A stretch of DNA of 64,000 nucleotides from an uncultured Holophaga sp. (GTDB lineage Bacteria; Acidobacteriota; Holophagae; Holophagales; Holophagaceae). How positions within the stretch are numbered: position 1 is the stretch's first letter; each line of letters opens with the position of its first letter. The DNA lies in assembly GCA_963664825.1 (NCBI GenBank), contig OY761614.1, positions 928,001 to 992,000 on the forward strand. The letters are read 5' to 3'. The notes beneath the pieces are model-generated. The model was given only the letters and a program-made list of their open reading frames with translations, did no database searches and had not been told where the DNA came from. A program made the translations under genes and the position numbers. Of this stretch, positions 50,920 to 60,855 are shown piece after piece.

Positions 50920-52347
50920 CTATTTCCAGTGCTTCTCCACGAAGGCGTCCACTTCGGGCAGGCCGCCCTGAAGGATCAGGTAGCCGTTGTGGGGCTCCCG
51001 GGTCTCGATCTCGTGGTTGATGGCGGTGGTCATCATCTGGCGGATCGTCGCAGGGTCATCGGTCTGCCCCAGCACCCAGGCCAGCTTCATGTAGGCGGTC
51101 TCAGGCAGCATGTTATCCATGGGGATGATGCCCAGATCCAGCAGATCCCGCCCCGTGTCGTAGACGTACATCTGGGCGAAGCCCCAGAGGGTCTGCACGC
51201 ACATCACCACGGTCATGCCCTTCTCGATGGCCCGGCGGATGGCCGGATAGAGGGGCTTGTTCACGTGCCCCAGTCCCGTGCCGGCCATGACGAGGCCGCG
51301 GTAGCCCATGGAGGAAAGCCCATCGATGATGTCGGGATTGAAGTTGGGGTAGTAGTACTGGATCGTCACCTTCTCTTCGAAGCTGGGGTTGATGATGGGC
51401 TTGCGCGTCTTGTCCCGGCGGAGGATCTCCTCGGAGATGTAGGTAAAATGGCTGCCGTTGGCGTTGGGGTAGCGGCTCACGGTGGCCAGGGGGGTGGCGC
51501 CGATGGTGCGGAAGGTGCTGCGGTAGGAGGAGTGCATCTTCCGACAGCGGGTGCCCCTGTGCAGCAGATCGTAGTTGTCCGAGGTCGGCCCGAACATGCA
51601 GAGCATGACTTCGGCGATATCGCATTCGGCGGCCGTGCGCACGGCGTCCATGAGGTTCAGGGCCGCATCCGACGAGGGCCGGTCCGAGCTGCGCTGGCTC
51701 CCCACGATGACGATGGGCACGGGGCTCTGCTGGACCATGAAGCTGAGGATGGCGCCCGTGTGGCTCATGGTGTCGGTGCCATGGCCCACGACGATGCCGT
51801 CGACGCCCTTCTCGATCTCCTTGCCGATGGCGATGGCCAGGGCCTTGTACTGCTCGGGGCCCATATTCTCGCTGAAGACGCCGAAGAGCTTTTGCGTATC
51901 CAGATTGGCGATATCGGCCAGTTCGGGCACGGCGCCATAGAGCTCCCCCGGCGTGAAGGCGGGGATGACAGCGCCTGTCCGATAATCGAGGCGCGAGGCG
52001 ATGGTGCCCCCCGTGCCCAACAGCGTGACGTTCTTCTTCTTGGGGTCGTAGGGGAAAGCCTTCTCGGGAATCTTGTAGACGGCCTTCTTGTAGCCCTTCT
52101 CCTGGACAGAGACGATGCGGTCGGCGTGGATGCCCACGTTGTAGCCGTTGAAGAGCTTGATGACCACATGCTGATCGTCGGCGGTCTCGCTTCGGGGAAG
52201 GATCACGCCGATGAAGCTCGAGCCCTTGTCATTGAGGATCTCGACCTCGCTCCACACGCCGATTCCAAACTTCTCCAGCGTCTCCTTGGCCAGGCCTCGA
52301 TAGCCCTGGAAGGGGTTGGTGCGCTCTGCGAAAGGTGTCGTTGTCAT
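50920..52347 (-). CDS. gatD: Glu-tRNA(Gln) amidotransferase subunit D (archaeal-type)
   Basis: GatD N-terminal domain (VIKLFNGYNVGI) + TGGTIASRLDYRTGAV, HGTDTM, GSQRSSDRPSSD, RKMHSSYRSTF, GTGLGHV, MLPETAYMKL. Confidence 0.92.
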   Translation of the reverse strand: MTTTPFAERTNPFQGYRGLAKETLEKFGIGVWSEVEILNDKGSSFIGVILPRSETADDQHVVIKLFNGYNVGIHADRIVSVQEKGYKKAVYKIPEKAFPYDPKKKNVTLLGTGGTIASRLDYRTGAVIPAFTPGELYGAVPELADIANLDTQKLFGVFSENMGPEQYKALAIAIGKEIEKGVDGIVVGHGTDTMSHTGAILSFMVQQSPVPIVIVGSQRSSDRPSSDAALNLMDAVRTAAECDIAEVMLCMFGPTSDNYDLLHRGTRCRKMHSSYRSTFRTIGATPLATVSRYPNANGSHFTYISEEILRRDKTRKPIINPSFEEKVTIQYYYPNFNPDIIDGLSSMGYRGLVMAGTGLGHVNKPLYPAIRRAIEKGMTVVMCVQTLWGFAQMYVYDTGRDLLDLGIIPMDNMLPETAYMKLAWVLGQTDDPATIRQMMTTAINHEIETREPHNGYLILQGGLPEVDAFVEKHWK

Positions 52348-54311
52348 CGCAGGACCTCCGCGGAGCCCGTGCCAGGGGCGCCTCCGCTGGTGTTGGGGCT
52401 GGAACCTCCCTCAAGCTTGGCGCGCAGGTAATCGGCGACGTCCTTGGCCGGAGCCTTGCCCAGGAGTTGTTCCATGGCGCGCCCGGCCAGAAAGCGCAGG
52501 CGCTTTTCCTGGGTATCCACCTTCTCGCCCTGGTAGCCCTCCATGGTGAGGCGGTCCACCTGTTCCTTCCACCTTTCCCGGGGCTGGATCGCCACGCCTT
52601 CGGCGCTGGCGGCCGCTTCCGCGGAAAGGCCATCCTCGGCCACACGGGCCGCCACGATGGAGATGGTCTCCCGGGGGATGAGCCCCCCTGTGAAGAGATC
52701 AAAAATTTGCACCCATTCGGAAACGCCCAGGCGTTCCACGGGGATGCCCGCCCGCTTGAGGGCCTTGCTGTGCTGGCCGATCTCGATGGCCGCCAGCAAC
52801 CCGTCCACGCCGGTCTTCTCGATGACCGCATCGAGGATCTCCGCCCCGCCCCGGCGAATGAGATACTGGCAGGTTTCCTCGGGCACGCGCCAGGACATGT
52901 AGCGCTCGATGCGCTTCCAGGGCACGGGTCGCAGGCGGGCCCGCAGACCCTCCACGCGGTCGTTGGTGACGCGGGTGGGCGGCGAATCCGTATCGGGATA
53001 CATGCGATCGGGACCGGGCAGGATGCGTTCGAAGGTGGTGAAGCCACCCGTCACCGCCTGGCGCGTCTCCTGGGGCACGCCCTGGGTGGCGTCGGCAAAG
53101 CGCAGGCGGATCTCTTCTGCGGCCGTGCGGCAGTCGTCCTCGGGGCCGAAGACGAGGAAGAAGTCGTCCCTTTCCCCCACCCGGGCCCGCTTGCGCAGGC
53201 GTTCGAGCACCCTGTGCTTATCGGGGAATTCCGGTAGCAGGGCACCACTCAGCACGATGGGCGCCTCGTCCAGGCACGCGATGACGCGGATGCGGCCGGA
53301 GAGTTCGTCCAGGAAGGTGGTATCGGGCTGGGTGGGATACTGGGCCAGGCCCGCCACACCCTCCACCTTCACGGCAAAGACCTTCCCGCCCACCTTGAGG
53401 GCCCGGCGCAGGAAGCCCAGATCCACCTCGGCGCAGATATCCGAGACATCGAAGGGCTGGACATGGATGGATTCACGGGTGCTGAGGCCCCTCGCATGGA
53501 GCTCGTCCCGCAGCTTCAACAGATTGCACTGGCGGACGCCTTCGTTGTGGACCAGCTTCACGGCGTAGCCCGCCCGGGGCACGCCCTTGATCTCGCAGCG
53601 ATTGCCACCCCGCACGCTGACATTCACGTCCTGGCGGCTGGCGCCGATCCCGGTGCGCACGCGCTGGGTGGAACGGGCGGTCATGCCGCAGAGGATGATG
53701 GCGTCCCGCACTTCCTGGGGCGAGCGCAGCTCGGGACCGGTCACGGTCTCCGTGAGCGGCATGCCCAGGCGATCCGTGCGCCACACGATCTGGTGGCCCT
53801 TGTCGCGCACCTCCCGGCAGGAATCCTCCTCCAGGCTCACATGGGTGATGGTGAGATCGCGGCCGTGGAAGGGCAGCTTCCCGTTCATGCCGATGATGGC
53901 CGTGCGCTGGAAGCCCGTGGGGATGGAACCATCCAGGTACTGCTTCCGGGCGATATGGATCTCGTCGATGATGTCCATGCCCATCATCAGGCAGAGCTCG
54001 ATGGAGGCGTCGATGGCCTCCTGGTTCACGAGGAAGGGCGGCGTGTCGTCCATCTCGTAGGTGCAGACGTTCTGGTGGTTCAGGAGGTAGATGATCTCCT
54101 TCTTCGTCTTGAATTCCATGAGGGCGGTGCCATCGTACTCCCCCAGTTCCGAGAGGGTCGGTCTCATGTGGCGCAGCACTTCCCCATCGTGGGTCTCGGT
54201 GTAAAGCCCTGCCGGGCAGCGGCAGAACAGCTTGTGCTTGGTCAGCAACTGCTGATGCACCTCCAACCCAGAGATGAGTCCTACGGCTTCGTAATCCAGA
54301 CGCTCAAGCAT
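52344..54311 (-). CDS. gatE: Glu-tRNA(Gln) amidotransferase subunit E (archaeal-type)
   Basis: DYEAVGLISGLEVHQQL, RPTLSELGE, DGSIPTGFQRT, LEEDS, DRLGMPL.E, RQDVNVS, EIKGV, AspRS-like insertion, RMYPDTD, YqeY-like tail; ATGA overlap with gatD. Confidence 0.92.
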   Translation of the reverse strand: MLERLDYEAVGLISGLEVHQQLLTKHKLFCRCPAGLYTETHDGEVLRHMRPTLSELGEYDGTALMEFKTKKEIIYLLNHQNVCTYEMDDTPPFLVNQEAIDASIELCLMMGMDIIDEIHIARKQYLDGSIPTGFQRTAIIGMNGKLPFHGRDLTITHVSLEEDSCREVRDKGHQIVWRTDRLGMPLTETVTGPELRSPQEVRDAIILCGMTARSTQRVRTGIGASRQDVNVSVRGGNRCEIKGVPRAGYAVKLVHNEGVRQCNLLKLRDELHARGLSTRESIHVQPFDVSDICAEVDLGFLRRALKVGGKVFAVKVEGVAGLAQYPTQPDTTFLDELSGRIRVIACLDEAPIVLSGALLPEFPDKHRVLERLRKRARVGERDDFFLVFGPEDDCRTAAEEIRLRFADATQGVPQETRQAVTGGFTTFERILPGPDRMYPDTDSPPTRVTNDRVEGLRARLRPVPWKRIERYMSWRVPEETCQYLIRRGGAEILDAVIEKTGVDGLLAAIEIGQHSKALKRAGIPVERLGVSEWVQIFDLFTGGLIPRETISIVAARVAEDGLSAEAAASAEGVAIQPRERWKEQVDRLTMEGYQGEKVDTQEKRLRFLAGRAMEQLLGKAPAKDVADYLRAKLEGGSSPNTSGGAPGTGSAEVLR

Positions 54312-54433
54312 CGGAATCCTTCCGGTAATGGGTACACTCACGGAAGGGTCCCGCCTTCGGGGACCCATCGTCAAGCCGCAAAATCTTCTGAAATCGAGGA
54401 ATGACGGGCGTCACAGCCTCTGGACGACAAAAG

Positions 54434-54463
54434 ACCGCCCGGCCTCCGAAAAGACCGGGCGGT
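54434..54463 (-). terminator. Intrinsic terminator after pepD
   Basis: accgcccgg...ccgggcggt stem with A-run on the + strand. Confidence 0.65.
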
Positions 54464-54488
54464 TTCTATTGACGCTGGCAATCTCGGT

Positions 54489-55937
54489 TCAGGCCTTTTC
54501 CAGCACGGCCGTCACCAGTTTCCAGCAGTTGCTCACGGACGGGATGCTCAAGTGCTCGTCGGGGGTGTGCACATCCCACATATCGGGGCCGATGGAGACC
54601 ATCTCCATCTCGGGATATTTCTCGCCGATGAGGCCGCACTCCAGGCCCGCATGGATGGCCACCACCTTCATGGGCTGGCCGAAGAGCTGCTTCTGCAGGC
54701 CGTCCACGAGCTTCACCAGGGAAGCATTGGGCTCGGGCTTCCAGCCGGGATAACCGCCCACCAGATGGGACTCGAAGCCCGCCATGGCGCAAACCGCGGC
54801 GATGCGGTGGGTCAGGGCGAACTTGGAGGCATCGATGGAGCTGCGGGAGAGGAGATTGATCTCGATCTTGCCATCCTTGGTATCGATGACGCCCAGGTTG
54901 GTGGAAGTCTGGACCAGGCCCTGGATATCGGGGCTCATGGCCTCGACGCCGTGGGGCAGGCAAAGGATCAGGCTGATGACGGAGACCGCGTCGTGATCGG
55001 ACATGACCTGGCCCGCCACGCCGGCTTCCAGGCTCATGACCAGCCCGGGATCGAAGGCGCCGAAGGCGGCCTTCCAATCGGCTTCCTGCTTGGCCAACTC
55101 GGCCTTGAAGGCCGCTTCCTGGGCAGGCGCCAGATAGAGATAGGCGGAAGCCTCTCGGGGAATGGCGTTGCGCTTATTGCCGCCCTTGATCGCGGAGAGC
55201 TCGAAGGCGAAGTCCGGCCGCAGGGCATAGAGCACCTGGCCCAGGATGCGGATGGCATTGCCGCGGCCGGCGGGGATATCGATGCCGGAATGGCCGCCCT
55301 TGAGGCCCGAGATCTTCAGGCGGAAGGGCTTCTTGGCTGCGGGAGGCGCGCTCAGGGTGAGCTGGCGGGTCGTGATGGTATCGACGCCCCCGGCGCATCC
55401 GATGGTGAGAAATCCCTCTTCCTCGCTATCGAGATTGAGGAGGTACTTGGACTTCAGCCAGTTGGCCTGGATGTTGGTGGCGCCCGTGAGACCCGTCTCC
55501 TCGTCGATGGTGACCAGCAGCTCCACGGGACCATGGGCGATGTCCTTGCTGGCCATCACCGCCAAGCCCATCGCGACTCCGATGCCGTTATCGGCGCCCA
55601 GGGTCGTGCCCGTGGCCCGGAGGTTATCGCCATCCCGGCGCAGCCGGATGGGATCCTTGAGGAAGTCGTGCTGGGTGTCCTCGTTCTTCTCGCAGACCAT
55701 GTCCACATGGGCCTGGAGACAGACGCCGGGGCGGTTCTCCTTGCCCTTGGTGCCGGGCTTGCGGATGAGCACGTTGCCGATGGCGTCCCGGGAGACATCC
55801 AGGCCCAACGCGCGGCCCTGGTCGGCCACCCAGTTCGCAGCCTCGGCTTCCAGCTTGGATCCCCGGGGGATCTTGGAGAGTTCGAAGAAATAGTTCCAGA
55901 GCGGATTGGGCTCTAGGGTTGCGAGAAGCTTATCCAC
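54489..55937 (-). CDS. pepD: Aminoacyl-histidine dipeptidase (M20)
   Basis: QAHVDMVCEKN, TTLGADNGIG, DEETG, NLDSEE, GGHSG, HAGLECG, HTPDE. Confidence 0.95.
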   Translation of the reverse strand: MDKLLATLEPNPLWNYFFELSKIPRGSKLEAEAANWVADQGRALGLDVSRDAIGNVLIRKPGTKGKENRPGVCLQAHVDMVCEKNEDTQHDFLKDPIRLRRDGDNLRATGTTLGADNGIGVAMGLAVMASKDIAHGPVELLVTIDEETGLTGATNIQANWLKSKYLLNLDSEEEGFLTIGCAGGVDTITTRQLTLSAPPAAKKPFRLKISGLKGGHSGIDIPAGRGNAIRILGQVLYALRPDFAFELSAIKGGNKRNAIPREASAYLYLAPAQEAAFKAELAKQEADWKAAFGAFDPGLVMSLEAGVAGQVMSDHDAVSVISLILCLPHGVEAMSPDIQGLVQTSTNLGVIDTKDGKIEINLLSRSSIDASKFALTHRIAAVCAMAGFESHLVGGYPGWKPEPNASLVKLVDGLQKQLFGQPMKVVAIHAGLECGLIGEKYPEMEMVSIGPDMWDVHTPDEHLSIPSVSNCWKLVTAVLEKA

Positions 55938-56081
55938 GACAGACCTCCAGAAAGGGAAACTTGGAACCATCGGATTTCTGTGGACCCCGAGGCCACGCCC
56001 CTGAGCCCTCATGGCACGAGGGTACCAGGAACGGGCTCCCGGGGGGCCTCATCCCCTGATATTCATCTCAGCCATATGCGC

Positions 56082-56113
56082 CAAAGGGGGGAGGCGCATG
56101 GCCTCCCCCCTTG
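56082..56113 (-). terminator. Intrinsic terminator
   Basis: aggggggaggc-gcatg-gcctcccccct stem. Confidence 0.65.
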
Positions 56114-56129
56114 CATTCGCGTGGTGAGG

Positions 56130-57083
56130 CTAGAAGGTGAAACTCAGACCGGCTGTGACCCCGTTCAGAGAACCCCAGCCGCGGTTGGGCTCAGCATTGT
56201 AGACGGCCAGCATGGGCTGCTGCGAATCGGCCGTCACCTTGCCGAAATCGCGCATCTCGCAGCCCAGATAGCCGCTGAGCTGCTTGGTGAAGGCCATGTT
56301 CAGGCGCACCCGGTAATCCAGCTGCTGGAAGGAACGATGGTTGCCCTTGTTGGTGATCATCCGCCAGCCGTCATCTCCGTTGCCCATCTGGAAGACGCCC
56401 CGGATATCCCCCTGGAGCATGGCGCAGGTGACGCCCGCACTGAGCCAGAGGCTCTTGGTGAGCTCGTAGCGGGTGTTCAGGCCGAAGGTGAAGCCGTAGG
56501 CCGCGGTCTTGGCCTTGTTGAAGAATTGCTCACTGTTGGTGCCATCGGGCAGGGCATCGATCACGCTCCCCGTGCTTGCCGTCCAGGAACCGTAGCGAAG
56601 GCCGAGCTCGTAGCCGAAGGAGGCCGAGCCCACGGTGGCCAGGGGACGCATCCACTTGAGATCCAGGACCACGGCCTCCAGCTTGCTCTGGCCATCGATG
56701 CGATCGGCCGAACCGCCGGGGCCGAAGCTTCCCCAGACCAGGTTAGGCCCCACTTCGGTCTGCCGCGTCGTCTTGGAGGTACTCATGTAGTCCAGGACGA
56801 AGCTGTTGTCCCCGAGCTTCAGGCCGAGGTTGATCCCGAGAGGCGTGTGGGAGCCGGCCTTGAAGTTGATATCCTCCACTACACGGGTCGAGACCGAAGC
56901 GAATTTGGCCCCCGCGGCCTTCTCCACACCCTTGGGGTTCACCCCCGCCCCACGCATGGCCAGGCTCCGATCGGTCCCCTGGACGGTGGCATAACCGGTG
57001 TTGATTCCAAAAGTGAACTCCTGAGCCTGGACGCTGCAGGCCGCAAGGGCGAGGGCCAGGGTGGTAAAAACTGAGGTCTTCAT
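56130..57083 (-). CDS. Outer-membrane beta-barrel protein (Lpg1974-like tentative)
   Basis: Signal peptide MKTSVF...VQA, amphipathic strands, GLRY, terminal LNGVTAGLSFTF. Confidence 0.75.
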   Translation of the reverse strand: MKTSVFTTLALALAACSVQAQEFTFGINTGYATVQGTDRSLAMRGAGVNPKGVEKAAGAKFASVSTRVVEDINFKAGSHTPLGINLGLKLGDNSFVLDYMSTSKTTRQTEVGPNLVWGSFGPGGSADRIDGQSKLEAVVLDLKWMRPLATVGSASFGYELGLRYGSWTASTGSVIDALPDGTNSEQFFNKAKTAAYGFTFGLNTRYELTKSLWLSAGVTCAMLQGDIRGVFQMGNGDDGWRMITNKGNHRSFQQLDYRVRLNMAFTKQLSGYLGCEMRDFGKVTADSQQPMLAVYNAEPNRGWGSLNGVTAGLSFTF

Positions 57084-57279
57084 GATCATCTCCAAAGGGA
57101 AGGTGGGAGCGCTTGACGCGCTCCGCTTCAGGCGGCCCCACCTGGGCCGTCCTATCAGCGTGGCAAGGGAAGGCATTCCCGTCTGTCCGGGAAAAGTACG
57201 TACACCGCCCCTCGGAGTTCCGGCTGATCGGCGAGAAGTCCCTCGGCCGCCCCCGGCGTTTGGGGCACACTGGAGGGCT

Positions 57280-60200
57280 ATGGAAACCCGTGACCGCGCC
57301 GCGCTGAACGATCTCCTGCGCCTGTTGGACGGCCCCGCGAAGGCCCTTGCCCTCGAGGGGGCGCGCCTGCGATGGACCGCCGTGCCAGGCCTGGCGCTGC
57401 TCCTGGCGCGCTGGGCCCGGGAGGGAGGGCGCGTCCAGACCCTATGGGTGGACGCCCCCACGGAGCTGGAAGCCCAGACCCTGGCCCATGATCTGGCCGT
57501 GCTGCTGCCCGAGGCCGGCGTGGCCTACTTCCCGGGCTTTGCACCCTTCGCCGGAGGGGAATCGAGCCCTCCGGGCATGGTGCTCCGGGAACGCCTTTCC
57601 ACCCTGGTGGGCCTCCTGGAGCGCCGTATCCAGATACTCGTCGCCACTCCGCTAGCGGCCCTTGAGCGCCTGCCCCATCCCACCTGGTTCGCCAAGCAGA
57701 CCCTTCAGCTGCAGAAGGGCGCCGAAGTACCCCGAGAGCTGCTGCTGGAAACGCTCGTGGCCTTGGGCTACCGGCGCACGGATCTGGCCTCGGAGCCCGG
57801 GGAATTCAGCGCCCGGGGCCTGGTGGTGGATCTCTGGCCCGATCATCTGGAGACGCCGCTGCGCATGGAATTCTTCGGCGATGAGCTGGAGCAGCTCTCC
57901 CCCTTCGACCCCGATACCCAGCGGCGCACGGGGGATTCCCTGGAGTCCCTCACCCTCTACCCCCGCTTCGAGGGCGCCAAGGGGGATGGCGCGCCCATGA
58001 TGGCGGCCCTGGAATCCCGGGCCGACAGGACCCTGGAGCCCGCGGAGGACCTGGGGTTCCGCCGGAGCCGCCTGGCCACCCAGGGCCACTTCCCCGGCGA
58101 AGAGCTGTTCTATCCCATGCTGGACCAGCCCAAGGGCCAGCTCACACACTGGGTGCCCCCCTGCCTGCGGGTGAGGCTCGAACCCGAATGGGCCGCCGCG
58201 CTGAAAGAAACCGAGAAGAATCGCATCGATGCGAGCCTGGCCGTGCTCCGGCGGGGAGGCGTGGTCTGCCCCGACTTCGAGGACCGCTACCTGGATGCCG
58301 ATCCCAGCCGCCCCACGCTGCTCCTCACGGAATGGCAGGCGGAGGCGAGCCTAGCCGATGCAGACCAGGATGGACCCCGCAGCGAGTCGGGGCAGAGCCC
58401 CACCTCGCTGCCCCCGATCCAACGGATGACCATTCCCTTCAAGGCCCTGAAGGCCCGGGAATTCCAGGGCCGCCTGGGAGAACTCCACACCTATCTCCGG
58501 GAGCTCACCGACACCGGCACCCGCGTCTTCCTGGCGGGTTCCACCGCGGGCATGCGGGATCGCCTGAGCGAAATCATCTCCGAATACGAACTCCCCCTCT
58601 CCCAGGGCACCGAAGCAGGATGCCGCGCCATCCTCCTGCCCTTGAGCGCCGGTGTGATGATCAAGGAAGGGGGCCAAACGCTATTGGAGGCCCTCCCGGG
58701 CGCTTCCCCCTTGAATATCTTGAATGTCCTGCTTCTCACGGAGCGGGAGGTCTTCGGCCGCAAGGCCATCCAGGCCAAGCCCCAGAAGAGCCGCACGGCG
58801 GCCTTCCTCTCGGACCTGAAGGATCTGAAGCCGGGGGATCGCGTGGTCCACATGGACCATGGCATCGGGGAATTCCTCGGCCTCGGCACCCTCATCGCAG
58901 GAGGGGAGGAACACGAGGTCGTGGAACTCCGCTACGCCGACGGGGGCCGGGTGGACGTGAGCCTGGAGCGGGCCGATCTCATCCAGCGCTACGTCTCTCC
59001 GGATGGCACCCAGCCTCCCCTGGATAAGCTGGGCGGCGCCAGCTGGGCCAGGATCAAGCGGAGGGCCAAGAAGGCCATCCGGGATATGGCCGAAGAGCTG
59101 CTGAAACTCTACGCCAAGCGCAAGCTGGAGAAGGGCCACGCCTACGCCCCGGACGGCCCGGAGATGGCGGAATTCGAGGCCACCTTCCCCTTCGAACCGA
59201 CCCCGGATCAGATCGAGGCCATCCAGGCCATCAAGGCCGATCTCGAATCGGACAAGCCCATGGACCGCCTGCTGGTGGGGGACGTAGGCTACGGCAAGAC
59301 CGAAGTGGCCATGCGCGCCGCGGCCAAGGCCGCCCTGGACGGCAAGCAGGTGGCCATTCTGTGCCCCACGACCGTGCTCTGCTTCCAGCACTTCAGGACC
59401 TTCAAGGAACGCTTCGCGGGCTTCCCCCTGCGCATCGAGATGATCAACCGCTTCGTGGATCCCAAGGAGGCCAAGCAGATCCTGAAGGATGTGGCCGATG
59501 GCCGAGTGGAGATCCTCATCGGCACCCACCAGCTCCTGGGGGCCCGGACGAAGTTCCACGATCTGGGCCTGGTGGTCATCGACGAGGAGCAGCGCTTCGG
59601 CGTGGGCCACAAGGAGAAGCTCAAAAAATTCCGCGCCAATGTGGAAGTGCTGGCCATGAGCGCCACGCCCATCCCCCGCACCCTCCACATGAGCCTCACG
59701 GGCCTGCGGGAGATCTCCCTCATCGAGACGCCCCCCAAGAATCGTCTCGCCATCGAGACGGTGGTGGCCCCCTGGTCCGACGAACTCATCGCCACGGCCA
59801 TCCAGTTCGAACTGCGCCGGGGAGGCCAGGTCTATTTCCTCCACAACCGCGTGGAATCCATCGTCAGCATCGCCGAGCATATCCGCACCCTGGTGCCCGA
59901 CGCCCGGGTGGGCGTGGGCCACGCCCAGCTCACGGACGAGGCCCTGGAAAACGTGATGCTGGGCTTCATGGAGGGCCGCATCGATGTGCTGGTTTCGACA
60001 ACCATTGTAGAAAACGGCCTGGACGTGCCCAACGCCAATACGCTCATCGTCCACCGGGCCGACAAGTTCGGCCTCAGCCAGCTCTACCAGCTCCGGGGGC
60101 GGGTGGGCCGCAGCGATGTGCCCGCCTACGCCTACCTGCTGATCCCGGGGAAAAATGAGATCAGCGAGGACGCCCGCAAACGCCTCCAGGCCCTTGAAGA

Positions 60201-60816
60201 CTTTTCGGAACTCGGTTCGGGCTTCCGCGTGGCGGCCATGGACCTGGAACTGCGAGGGGCAGGCAACCTGCTGGGGGGCGAACAGTCCGGCCACATCCAC
60301 GACATCGGCTTCGAGCTCTACATCAAGCTGCTGGAGGAGACCCTCCAGGAACTCCAGGGCCAGCCCTCCGGCACCTTCGAGGTGAAGATCGAGCTGGGCC
60401 AGGCCCAGCTGGGGCGCCGCTGGATCGATATGGCCGCCGAGCGCCTAGTGGCCTACAAACGCGCCTCGCGCCTCAAGACTGAGCGGGATCTGGAACTCTA
60501 CCGGCTGGAACTGGAGGACCGCTTCGGCCAGGTGCCCCAGGACGATGAGGACAGCGCCCGCTTCTTCGAGCTGCTCAAGGTGAAGCTCCGGGCCCAGGCC
60601 ATCGCCGTAAACGAGGTATCCCTCGACAAGGGCCGCCTCAAGCTGCGGGTCAGCCCCCAGACCTCGGTGGATTCAGCCAAGCTCCTGGACTGGATCGGCG
60701 CCCAGAAGGGCGCCCAGTTCGCCCCCGATGGCTCCGTGTTCCTACCCGTCCAGGGCCACGAACTGGGTGCAATCCACCAGGCCCAGCGCGTGCTGGAGGA
60801 ATGGGCGAAGCTGTAA
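57280..60816 (+). CDS. mfd: Transcription-repair coupling factor
   Basis: GEFSARG, VVHMDHGIG, GDVGYGKT, DEEQRFGV, SATPIPRT, QLRGRVGR, DLELRGAGNLLG. Confidence 0.97.
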   Translation: METRDRAALNDLLRLLDGPAKALALEGARLRWTAVPGLALLLARWAREGGRVQTLWVDAPTELEAQTLAHDLAVLLPEAGVAYFPGFAPFAGGESSPPGMVLRERLSTLVGLLERRIQILVATPLAALERLPHPTWFAKQTLQLQKGAEVPRELLLETLVALGYRRTDLASEPGEFSARGLVVDLWPDHLETPLRMEFFGDELEQLSPFDPDTQRRTGDSLESLTLYPRFEGAKGDGAPMMAALESRADRTLEPAEDLGFRRSRLATQGHFPGEELFYPMLDQPKGQLTHWVPPCLRVRLEPEWAAALKETEKNRIDASLAVLRRGGVVCPDFEDRYLDADPSRPTLLLTEWQAEASLADADQDGPRSESGQSPTSLPPIQRMTIPFKALKAREFQGRLGELHTYLRELTDTGTRVFLAGSTAGMRDRLSEIISEYELPLSQGTEAGCRAILLPLSAGVMIKEGGQTLLEALPGASPLNILNVLLLTEREVFGRKAIQAKPQKSRTAAFLSDLKDLKPGDRVVHMDHGIGEFLGLGTLIAGGEEHEVVELRYADGGRVDVSLERADLIQRYVSPDGTQPPLDKLGGASWARIKRRAKKAIRDMAEELLKLYAKRKLEKGHAYAPDGPEMAEFEATFPFEPTPDQIEAIQAIKADLESDKPMDRLLVGDVGYGKTEVAMRAAAKAALDGKQVAILCPTTVLCFQHFRTFKERFAGFPLRIEMINRFVDPKEAKQILKDVADGRVEILIGTHQLLGARTKFHDLGLVVIDEEQRFGVGHKEKLKKFRANVEVLAMSATPIPRTLHMSLTGLREISLIETPPKNRLAIETVVAPWSDELIATAIQFELRRGGQVYFLHNRVESIVSIAEHIRTLVPDARVGVGHAQLTDEALENVMLGFMEGRIDVLVSTTIVENGLDVPNANTLIVHRADKFGLSQLYQLRGRVGRSDVPAYAYLLIPGKNEISEDARKRLQALEDFSELGSGFRVAAMDLELRGAGNLLGGEQSGHIHDIGFELYIKLLEETLQELQGQPSGTFEVKIELGQAQLGRRWIDMAAERLVAYKRASRLKTERDLELYRLELEDRFGQVPQDDEDSARFFELLKVKLRAQAIAVNEVSLDKGRLKLRVSPQTSVDSAKLLDWIGAQKGAQFAPDGSVFLPVQGHELGAIHQAQRVLEEWAKL

Positions 60817-60855
60817 ATCGTGATCACGAAATGACAATGCGATTAGGGCCGGCCC

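Noticed and set aside
60818..60829. Palindrome tcgtgatcacga after mfd
   Set aside because: Short and between convergent genes; no supportable function.
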